Under the pieces are notes generated by a model. The model was not told where the DNA came from, searched no databases, and saw only the letters and a list, made by a program, of their open reading frames with translations. Source: Eutreptiella sp. 'Long Island Sound 2002' (taxonomy: Eukaryota > Protista > Euglenida). From it: a DNA stretch of 64,000 nt. The stretch's first letter is position 1, and every line of letters starts with the position of its first letter. The position numbers and the translations under genes are program-made. This document shows, piece after piece, positions 49,044 to 60,000 of the stretch. The stretch covers positions 99,448,001-99,512,000 of the forward strand of contig OZ038378.1 of assembly GCA_964036045.1 (NCBI GenBank). Reading direction: 5' to 3'.

Positions 49044-52000
49044 TCACGCGCGTGCCAAGGGAGACGGCTTGTATTTCAAGTGCAAACTCAGAATAAGCAT
49101 ACTGAAACCCCGGAAGACCGCGTGATGGTTCAAGCGAAGGCGCTGAATTTTGTCTACTGAATTAGGCACCATGGAGCGGAGCATAGGGGACACCTTCGTG
49201 GCCCATTCGTCGAGCCGGTGTGATTGTGTTGCGGGTGAACGGGCTGTAGTGGTAAGCTGTGGCTGTCTGACTAATATTGGTCCCCAACCGCGGGTGCGGT
49301 TCAGGTCCACTTGTAGAAGAGTGATATGTTTTCCACTCTGTTCAAATTGAGCTTTCAAAAGGGTGGTTTCTTCAATATGGAGGCAAAGGAACTAGGAGAT
49401 TAGGGGGATGAACTTGGCAAGGTTGGCGGCAACAAGTGGATGCATGGAGTTGAGGTACTCTGAGAACTTTTGACCCATTGGTTTGGGCGGGAGGGTGCGC
49501 TGGAACGCACGGGTCCTACTCGGGACCCAGACAGCCCATTCCGCACATATGTAATATAGAGTGTTGTCTCTATAACGCAGGGGGAGGGGGTGATGGCACG
49601 GGGTTGGCTTGCCAAACTCGTAAGCTAGCAGGAAAAGTCCGATGGGGATTTAGGATTACGTCGGATGTCGAAACCTTTTTGAAACTAATCAACGAAGTAT
49701 TTCGAGTAAGCAGATGCAAGAATGGGGAGGGGGCTTAACCGTCGTTTTTTCAAAGTTCTATGGCAAGAGTTGGGGTGTTGGCCGAAATGGGAGTGTTATT
49801 GTGTTAGATCGATGATGGAGGCGGATCGGTTTTGCGACAATTTTAGGCATACTGCCTGGATATATGTAATAAAGGTCTTCATGTCAAACATGGTGGGGTG
49901 GCACAGAGAGGAGGGTAAAGAGGCATAAGCTGAATGCGACGTGAGGATGGTTTGTACCTGTCACTGTGAGACGGGTGGTAGGAGCACGCACATGTGAAAG
50001 TGTTGGCATGTACCGGGTGCATCGTGGCCCCGAGGGACCGGTGTGGTGCCTTTGTACTGGGGAAATATCCAGAAGTTGTAGATAAAGGGTCACTGCACAC
50101 GTGGAAATGGACGTGGAATGTGTGTACCAGCGTACGGTACCATTCATCACAAAGGGATAGCGGTGCAGAATGTTGGGTTTGGTATGAGCCAATTGTAGGT
50201 ATGGGTTTTCAACAAAATTACAGATGTCTTCAAAAGTCACTCCAGGCCAAGTATGGATGGACTGCATTGTAGTCTAGTGTGACCATGCACACCGTAGGCC
50301 TTTAGACCTCTGGATTCCATCACGTAGGTTCACAAACAAAGGCGTTTGATTGTTTCATAGGGGAGCATACAGAAAATGGGGAACTCATAAATGTACGATC
50401 TATCTATTTAACCGTCAACTTCACGTTGTTGCTGCTGGTTATAGACAAGAGCTTTAGCAAGTTCCTGAGGGGTGTTTTCTAGCGCACCCAAATCTTCACG
50501 GAGGCTTGACTTGTAATTACCTAAGGGGAAAGGGGAGGTAGAGCCACAGAAACAAGCGGAGACCGCCACTTTAGCCAGCGTACTGCAGCACGGAGGCTAA
50601 CAGGAGGCCCAAGGTGTCTTGATCGAGCTTTGTTGTGTCCGGAAATGGTAGTGCAATTTCCATGGATAGGTACCATGAATTCAGAGGGCTGCTGCAGCGG
50701 ATCAGTTCGTTCGCTGTGTGGGCGATGTCAGAGGCTTGCTCAATTTTCTCAAAAATGAGGTTCTATTGTACCCGGGCCTTCTTGCTAAGCGCATCGCCTT
50801 TAAAATGAGCGAACATCAAATTTGGACGCGACATGTTTTGAGTTTTCGATTTAGTCAAAGTGCAGACCACTGCAATACTAGAGACATTTAGCAAAACTGC
50901 AAAGAACTCAACGTCTTTTACTAGCTTTGGCAGAAAACCAGAAAGGCAGAAAGGAAATCGCGCGCAGCAGCTAGAAATTTATCATCAATGAACACTCCAT
51001 CGTATTCGACATCATCATCTTGGTTCATTTCACTTTCATTTTCGCAATCGTCGTCATCGGATACCCGGCCATCGGAAACGGGTTTGAGCTTATTTTTCAC
51101 GGGTGTTCTCTTGCCCATGGGGAGCTGGTGAATCTCATGAATTCTGGAGTCCGTTTCGTCAAGTTTTTTCTCAAAATTGTCGAGACTCTTGTTAGTATCT
51201 TTCACCTCGGATGATAGCTTATTGAAACCAGCCGCCGGAAGTGTCGCGCTTCCACTCCGGCTGCTCGCAAAAGTGCTTGCAGCCGGGCCGCGACATAGAA
51301 GAGTGTGCGGCAACGGGCTGGGTGATCCGGTGAGGGATGCTGAAACCGAGAATTGTGCGACTTTGGGCTTTGTTCCGCGAGCTCGATGCTTTTAAATAGG
51401 GGCAGTCCAGTATTTATCGTTCCATTGCTGGAGAAAATAACACGCGCACCATGGTGAATGGCTTGTATGTTCGTGATTCCTGGGCATACAGAACATAACA
51501 CGTCCAGTTCCGATTGGATCAGTTGGCGAGGCCAGTCAGTGAGTTCAATCAAAACGGTGCTTTCACGTCGCAGCGGAAATTTTGAATCAAAGAAGGTGAG
51601 GCTAGATGGAGCAGGACCAATTGTTAGCCGTGATGAAGCACGCGAGGACAAAGACGTGATAGAACCAGCGCAACTTGAGCGCGACGACACCGAACTTCCG
51701 CCCGAGCGTTTCTCGTACCTTTTCTTCTTCCGCAGATGTGCTTCTTCGGAAGATTTTTGTGCTTAGAAATTTTCGGGTTGGGACATGGTTTCTTTGTATG
51801 GCCACGACCACCGCATTTTCAGCTTGTCACTTTTGACCATTTTCCAACAGTATCCAGTCTCTTGAATTTTTCGCATAGGCGTGCTTTGAGTTGAGGCGTG
51901 AGTAGATTCGGGTGTAGCACTGTGCACTTTTTGGAGTCATGGTTGCCCCAACCATGGTAACTGCATAGCTTGCCCAAATACACATCGGGGACGGCCTGAA

Positions 52001-52055
52001 TAGATGGCATATCGAAATGGAGGCCGGATATATTTGTTTTCTTGCAGTAGTGCAC
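49044..52055 (-). mobile_element. Decayed retroelement-like ORF region: two zinc knuckles, an RRM-like segment, an acidic stretch and a long unassigned ORF
   Basis: CSYHGWGNHDSKKC (CHHC) and VT(S)*KCGGRGHTKKPC (degenerate CCHC) at 51780-51970. STVLIELTDWPRQLIQSELDVLCSVCPGITNIQAIHHGARVIFSS follows. Broken frames continue to ~49044. Confidence 0.55.
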
Positions 52056-52084
52056 AGGGGTGTATATGTTTATTCACTTGATAG

Positions 52085-52600
52085 TGATGAAGACGGGGTA
52101 ACGACGAGATCACTGAAGCTCTTGTGTGGTGAGCACAAAACAGCCGAGCAAAAGCACCCGTAGCAACACGCCCAACTGTCGTCACGTGGACTTGCACAAC
52201 ACAAGAAGAAGTGGCACACGGACCCTTCTGGAAAAGGCGTATGACAAATCATGTGGGACATCATGTACCACTAGAATTCGACAAATGCAAGGGGAAAACA
52301 GGGCTTGAGGACACAGGAGAAATTTATTGTACACTCGGACTTCAATAGCATCACGCGAACGAAAGGGGGAATCGCCTTGTAGGGATAGAGTGTGAAAATG
52401 CAACCGGTATTTGTCAAAAAGGGCAAAAGAGAGGACGGGCTAAAATGTTCAATCCAAACCTTGTCATATGTACCTGCATTCCAAAGTGTGCACATGAGGG
52501 TGTAAAATGTACAACAACATGCAATGAGAGAAGGCGTTGGAAAAGAGAAAGCAGTAGATCGCCACACTTCAATGGGGAGAGTGACCTCACGACACTGGTA
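52085..52600 (-). repeat. Second, same-orientation copy of the F-box-bearing repeat (matches ~43022-43520)
   Basis: ccgagcaaaagcacccgt(g/a)gcaacacgcccaac...gtggacttgcac is shared; LPIEVWRSTAFSFPTPSLIACCCTFYTLMCTLWNAG. Confidence 0.88.
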
Positions 52601-52676
52601 AGCAATATCTGACACCTACGATCTTGGTGGCGCAGTCCCTCACCTCTCGCACAAACGGCGCAGGAAAGAATCACAT

Positions 52677-53813
52677 GTGGCCTGCGGCATGAGTGGGGGA
52701 AGCGAAAAAAGCATGATGTTCCGGTATGAAATGGCACATCTCCGCGAACTAAGCCTCAACGACTTGATGGCATTGCGCACAAAATGTGGGTGGTGGTTGA
52801 AGCACATTGAATTGGAGATCGAGGAGCGGCGGCAGGAGCAGCAGGACATCTTTGACCGTAAAGAGCCTGAAAGGGCAGCGGAGGCAGTGAGGCGCCGTGC
52901 CCTCATGGCACAATTATATCCCCGGGAGGCGTGTGACCCAAGTAGCCCAACGGACAACGGGGACTGGTGCGTAGCACGCGAAACCTCACCGTGCTTATGC
53001 CCCCCAGCCCAAACACCTGATTCCATCCCAGAGCCCGCACTCAAGACGGAGGACGGCCGGAACATCCAAGAGCCCCCACTCAAGATGGACGACAATCCGG
53101 ACATCTAGCAGCCACCGCTCGCCATGGAGGATGACGTGAACGTCCAGCAGCCCCCCCCCAATACGGAGCCTGAAATTATGCGGATGTGCCCGAACTGCCG
53201 GATGCAGTGGAATGTGAACGGGGCCCTGGAGCTGTGCACCCAGTGCCCCAATACCGAGCTGATCAACGTGGAGTGGCTGCGCCGGAGTGACCATATGCAC
53301 ACATGCTTCGGTCCATAGCAAGTATGTGTCATGGTTGTGTGTGCCGCTTCCTTTAGTTGTTCCTTTGCATAATTGTGTGTGTGCTTTTTTTTTCCAGATG
53401 CGGAATGCACCCGCCACAGAAGCGAACGGTGCCACAACAGAGGCAAAAGATCAATAAGAGAAGGAGGAAGAACAGAGAGTATGTGTCCGGGTCGTCACTG
53501 TCGCCCCCTTTGGTTGTTCCTTTGCAAAATTGTGTGTTTGCATGTTTTCAGGGGTACGCCGCAAAAGGAGCCGTAGAACGGGATGCACCAGCCACAGAAG
53601 CTGAGGGTACTGCAACGGAGGAGGAACATAAAGAATGCGTCTTGCTCGCCATTGCTGCTTGCTTTAGATGTTCCGTTGTGCAATTGTGTTTGTGCATGAT
53701 GTTAGGGGTAAACGGCAGAAGGAGCTGCAACAAAGGCAGAAACTAGGGCAGAACGGGCTGAAGAAGAGAAGGGGGAAGCACGGACGGATGCGGATAGCAA
53801 AGAGAAAGCACAC
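52677..53813 (+). pseudogene. Multi-exon pseudogene (coiled-coil, CxxC pairs, E/A-rich exons) with tandemly duplicated exon-intron units
   Basis: Introns 53322-53397 and 53479-53551 are GTATGT...CAG and resemble each other. The spliced frame is continuous but has TAG/TAG/TAA stops. Confidence 0.55.
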
Positions 53814-54068
53814 GTAGGTCCTATTTGTTGTGTGTGCATGAACGGGGGTACACCTGTACCAGGGGGAGGAGGCGAAAATTTTTTTTCAACCGCGACACTT
53901 GTCCCCCCCCCCAAACCCATGTACAAAACTTTCTACCCGCGGGGGACTTTTTCTACCCTAACCGCCCATTATCACCGCTGGGCCCAGAGACCCCCCACCA
54001 AAGCCCCCCCCCCCCCCCCCGCTTCCCCCCCCCCCCTTTGGCCCCCCCACCCCCACCCCACCCACCTT

Positions 54069-55688
54069 GCTCCGCCGCCTCCACAGAATTTTTGTGGAGG
54101 CTGCCCCGCCTACCATGCCCAGGCGTGGCCAATCACATGCCCCCGATCCCAGGGCAGACTCCCGGAGCGCCGGGTTCCAAGCACAAAAGCACCAACTGTC
54201 GAATGGATTGCTCACATGTATATGCACAGAAGCACATTGATCTTTTTACACCATCGCTCTCTCAAAGAGAAGAGATTACGGCCCCGGCTTAATGTGCAAA
54301 AGCGTAGAAGAAAATTGCACCCTTCGGAACTGCGTCGCACTCCTTACTCGCACGCACAACGCTTGTGACTTGCATCCTTCACACACTGCGCAGGGGCGCC
54401 AACACACCCGTTTTTGTTGAATGCCTGTCCCGTCAAGTGGTCAAAGCAGCCTTGATTCTTGGCACACGTGCTGGCCTTGAGCACAACACCTAGGGGCCTA
54501 CAGAAAAATGGCATGGACAACACATTTGTTTTTTGCCTGTCTTCAACGCCATCCAGAGATGCGCTGCCCGAGATGTGGGAATTCTCAACTTCAGGGTTAG
54601 TGTCTTGGCGTTGCTCCACAACATCTTGATACCTACACAAAAGTCGCGAGCAAAACACACCTTTTTTTGGTCTGTCTTCAGCGCCATCCACAGGTGCGCG
54701 GCCCGTGATGTGGCCATTGTCAACTTGAGGGTCAAGGTCTTGGTGTTCCTCCGAAAAATTTTGATACCTGCAGAAGAGTGGCCAGCAAAACACACCTGTT
54801 TTTTGCCTATCTTCAGCACCATCCACAGATGCGCTCTCCATGATGCGGCCGTTCTCAACTTGAGGGTCATGGTCTTCTTGTTGCTCCACAAATTCTTGAT
54901 ACGTCCACAGCAGTGGAACGTATGACGGGGCGCCAACACACCTGTTTTTTTGAATGCCTTTCTTCAGCGCCATGCGAAGATGCAGGCTAGTGGTCGTGCA
55001 CGCTCTTTGATTGGCGCACAGTCTTGCCGCAGTAGCATCCGCTTTTCGTCTGAATTTTGTCTTGATACCTGCAGAGAAATCGCATGCACAACACACCTGT
55101 GTTTTGCCTGTCTTTGGTGCCATTCAGATGTGCACTAGCCACGTCCTGCTTGTTGCCTTGCCAACAGGCAAATTTGCTTGGGCACTTCTTCACGCATTCG
55201 CCTTGATACCTGCAGAGAAATCGCATGCACAACACACCTGTTTTTTCCCTGTCTTCACCGCCATTCAGATACGCACTGGCCATATCCTGCTTGTTGCTTG
55301 GCCCAATCGCAGATCAGCTTGGGCACTCCTTCACGCATGCGCCTTGAAACCTGCAGAAAAATCGCATGCACAACACACCTGTTTTTTGCCTGTCTTCAGC
55401 ACCTTCCAGATATGCACTGTTCACATCCTGCTTGTTGTGTTGCCCACTGGCAGATCAGCTTGGGCACTCCTTCGCGCACATCCTTTGTCCACAACATCTT
55501 GATATCCGCAGACACCTTTCGGAGCAAACATGGACGATATGCACGACAAGCACCCCACTCCTCGCCCCGGCTCCGCCACCTCCACAGAAATTGCAGTGAA
55601 TTCCTGTGAAGGCTGCGCCTGCTACCATGGCCACGCGTGGCCAATCACATGACCCTGATCGCGAGGCAAGCGAGCGCTAGGTTCCCAA
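54069..55688. repeat. Element bounded by ~115-bp direct repeats (54069-54180, 55570-55688) enclosing 135- and 141-bp tandem units
   Basis: Both ends share gctccgcc.cctccacagaa...ctaccatg.cca.gcgtggccaatcacatg. Internal units recur at 141-bp spacing (about 55085, 55226, 55367) and then 135-bp spacing. Confidence 0.75.
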
Positions 55689-56126
55689 CCCCCCAGCCTG
55701 CCACCGTTCCCCTTGCCCCCTTCCCTCTGGCCCCTCTGTCCACCATCTTCTCCACCCGCTGTCGTTGACAACGGGCCTGCCCCCTGCCTCCCGTCCTGGC
55801 CTCCTCCCTCAGCTATGGGTATAAAGTCTGAAGTCTGAAGTCTGATTTGGCATCTCGTGTCAAGGACATAAAACAGAACACATCTCAGCAAAAGTCCGAT
55901 AAAAGTGTGGTACCCGCCCCCTCCCTTCCTTCCTTCCTGTCACAAAGGGACAAGGAAAAGTCTGGCACTCCCCCTCCCCCAACAGAGCCACCCATCACAA
56001 AAAAAACCATCATGAAAATTGAAAGTTGGGAAGAATGGGAGTCCATGCAACACAGGGGAACACCCCCCCCCAAAAGAAAAAAAGGGTGGAAAATGGGGCA
56101 TTGGGGAAAATGGGAGGCCGGGAAAA

Positions 56127-56313
56127 ATATTCCACTGAGGTGGTGTACCCCCCCCCCTGTGGAGTAATATTCCATTGAGGTGGTGTACCTCCCCCTCTAG
56201 ATAAATATTCCACTGAAGTGGTGTACCCCCCCCCCCTGTGGATAAATATTCCACTGAGGTGGTGTACACCCCCCCTCTGGATAGATATTCCACTGAGGTG
56301 GTGCACCCCCCTG
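56127..56313. repeat. 38-41-bp tandem repeat, 5 copies
   Basis: atattccactgaggtggtgtac(c)n at 56127, 56167, 56205, 56246 and 56285. Confidence 0.95.
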
Positions 56314-57037
56314 CTATGCGCCAATTCCTATGGGGGTCTGGACCCCCAAAATAATTGACCCGACCCTATGCGTCAATTCCTAGGGGGGTCTAGACCCCCA
56401 AAATAATTGACGCGACCTTATGTGTCAATTCCTAGGGGGGTCCAGACCCCCAAAATAATTGACGCGACCCTATGCGCCAATTCCTACGGGGGTCTGGACC
56501 CCCAAAATAATTGACGCGACCCTATGCGTCAATTCCTAAGGGGGGTCTAGACCCCCAAAATAATTGACGCGACCCTATGCGCCAATTTCTATGGGGGTCT
56601 AGACCCCCAAAATAATTGACGCGACCCTATGCGTCAATTCCTACGGGGGTCTAGACCCCAAAAATAATTGATGCGACCCTATGCGTCAATTCCTAGGGGG
56701 GTCTAGACCCCCAAAATAATTGACGCGACCCTATGCATCAATTCGTATGGGGGTCTAGACCCCCAAAAAAATTGACGCGACCCAATGCGTCAATTCCTAG
56801 GGGGGTCTAGACCCCCCAAAAAATTGACGCGATCCTATGCGTCAATTCCTAGGGGGGTCTAGACCCCCAAAATAATTGACGCGACCCTATGCGCCAATTT
56901 CTATAGGGGTCTAGACCCCCAAAATAATTGACGCGACCCTATGCGTCAATTCCTACGGGGGTCTGGACCCCCAAAAAAAATTGACGCGACCCTATGTGTC
57001 AATTCCTAGGGGGGTCTAGACCCCCAAAATAATTGAC
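56314..57037. repeat. 52-bp palindromic tandem repeat, ~14 copies
   Basis: ctatgcgtcaattcctaggggggtctagacccccaaaataattgacgcgacc. Confidence 0.97.
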
Positions 57038-57051
57038 ACACACACATGGGT

Positions 57052-60000
57052 CAAAAAATTCACGGAGGGGTCAAATAATTCACGGAGGGGGCAAATAATT
57101 CACGGAGGGGGGTAAATAATTCACGGAGGGGTCAAATAATTCACGGAGGGGGGTAAATAATTCACGGAGAGGTCAAATAATTCACGGAGGGGGGTAAATA
57201 ATTCACGCAGGGGGGTAAACAATTCACGGAGGGGTAAAATAATTCACGGAGGGGGGTAAACAATTCACGGAGGGGTGAAATAATTCACGGAGGGGGGTAA
57301 ACAATTCACGGAGGGGTCAAATAATTCACGGAGGGGGGTAAATAATTCACGGAGGGGTAAAATAATTCACGGAGGGGGGTAAATAATTCACGGAGGGGTA
57401 AAAAAATTCACGGAGGGGGGTAAATAATTCACGGAGGGGTAAAATAATTCACGGAGGGGGGTAAACAATTCACGGAGGGGGGTAAATAATTCACAGAGGG
57501 GTGAAATAATTCACGGAGGAAGGTAAATAATTCACGGAGGGGTCAAATAATTCACGGAGGGGGGTAAACAATTCACGGAGGGGTGAAATAATTCACGGAG
57601 GGGGGTAAACAATTCACGGGGGGGTCAAATAATTCACGGAGGGGGGTAAATAATTCACGGAGGGGTCAAATAATTCACGGAGGGGGGTAAACAATTCACG
57701 GAGGGGTGAAATAATTCACGGAGGGGGGTAAACAATTCACGGAGGGGTGAAATAATTCACGGAGGGGGGTAAACAATTCACGGAGGGGTCAAATACGTCA
57801 CGGAGGGGGGTAAATAATTCACGGAGAGGTAAAATAATTCACGGAGCGGGGTATATAATTCACGGAGGGGTCAAAAAATTCACGGAGGGGGGTAAATAAT
57901 TCACGGAGGGGTAAAATAATTCACGGAGGGGGGTAAATAATTCACGGAGGGGTCAAATAATTCACGGAGGGGGGTAAACAATTCACGGAGGGGTAAAAAA
58001 ATTCACGGAGGGGGGTAAACAATTCACGGAGGGGTGAAATAATTCACGGAGGGGGGTAAACAATTCACGGAGGGGTAAAATAATTCACGGAGGGGGGTAA
58101 ATAATTCACGGAGGGGTCAAATAATTCACGGAGGGGGGTAAACAATTCACGGAGGGGTAAAATAATTCACGGAGGGGGGTAAACAATTCACGGAGGGGTA
58201 AAATAATTCACGGAGGGAGGTAAATAATTCACGGAGGGGTAAAATAATTCACGGAGGGGGGTAAACAATTCACGGAGGGGTAAAATAATTCACGGAGGGG
58301 GGTAAACAATTCACAGAGAGGTAAAATAATTCACGGAGGGGGGTAAACAATTCACGGAGGGGTAAAATAATTCACGGAGGGGTGAAATAATTCGCGGAGA
58401 GGTAAAATAATTCACGGAGGGGTGAAATAATTCACGGAGGGGGGTAAACAATTCACGGAGGGGTAAAATAATTCACGGAGGAGGGTAAATAATTCACGGA
58501 GGGGTAAAATAATTCACGGAGGGGGGTAAATAATTCACGGAGGGGTGAAATAATTCACGGAGGGGGGTAAACAATTCACGGAGGGGTGAAATAATTCACG
58601 GAGGGGGGTAAACAATTCACGGAGGGGTAAAATAATTCACGGAGGGGGGTAAATAATTCACGGAGGGGTAAAATAATTCACGGAGGGGGGTAAATAATTC
58701 ACGGAGGGGTCAAATAATTCACGGAGGGGGGTAAATAATTCACGGAGGGGTGAAATAATTCACGGAGGGGGGTAAATAATTCACGGAGGGGTCAAATAAT
58801 TCACGGAGGGGGGTAAACAATTCACGGAGGGGTAAAATAATTCACGGAGGGGGGTAAACAATTCACGGAGGGGTAAAATAATTCACGGAGGGAGGTAAAT
58901 AATTCACGGAGGGGTACAATAATTCACGGAGGGGGGTAAACAATTCACGGAGGGGTAAAATAATTCACGGAGGGGGGTGAATAATTCACGGAGGGGTCAA
59001 ATAATTCACGGAGGGGGGTAAATAATTCACGGAGGGGTAAAATAATTCACGGAGGGGGGTAAACAATTCACGGAGGGGTGAAATAATTCACGGAGGGGGG
59101 TAAACAATTCACGGAGGGGTAAAATAATTCACGGAGGGGGGTAAATAATTCACGGAGGGGTAAAATAATTCACGGAGGGGGGTAAATAATTCACGGAGGG
59201 GTGAAATAATTCACGGAGGGGGGTAAACAATTCACGGAGGGGTGAAATAATTCACGGAGGGGGGTAAACAATTCACGGAGGGGTAAAATAATTCACGGAG
59301 GGGGGTAAATAATTCACGGAGGGGTAAAATAATTCACGGAGGGGGGTAAATAATTCACGGAGGGGTGAAATAATTCACGGAGGGGGGTAAATAATTCACG
59401 GAGGGGTCAAATAATTCACGGAGGGGGGTAAACAATTCACGGAGGGGTAAAATAATTCACGGAGGGGGGTAAACAATTCACGGAGGGGTAAAATAATTCA
59501 CGGAGGGAGGTAAATAATTCACGGAGGGGTACAATAATTCACGGAGGGGGGTAAACAATTCACGGAGGGGTAAAATAATTCACGGAGGGGGGTAAACAAT
59601 TCACAGAGAGGTAAAATAATTCACGGAGGGGGGTAAACAATTCACGGAGGGGTAAAATAATTCACGGAGGGGTGAAATAATTCGCGGAGAGGTAAAATAA
59701 TTCACGGAGGGGGTGAATAATTCACGGAGGGGTCAAATAATTCACGGAGGGGGGTAAACGAATCACGGAGGGGTAAAATAATTCACGGAGGGGGGTAAAC
59801 AATTCACAGAGGGGTAAAATAATTCACGGAGGGGGGTAAATAATTCACGGAGGGGTAAAATAATTCACGGAGGGGGGTAAACAATTCACGGAGGGGTGAA
59901 ATAATTCACGGAGGGGGGTAAACAATTCACGGAGGGGTAAAATAATTCACGGAGGGGGGTAAATAATTCACGGAGGGGTAAAATAATTCACGGAGGGGGG

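Noticed and set aside
54500-55505. A 28-nt GT-AG mini-intron in each 135/141-bp unit
   Set aside because: Removing it would shift the frame in every unit (107/113 nt left), so it was not called without transcript data.
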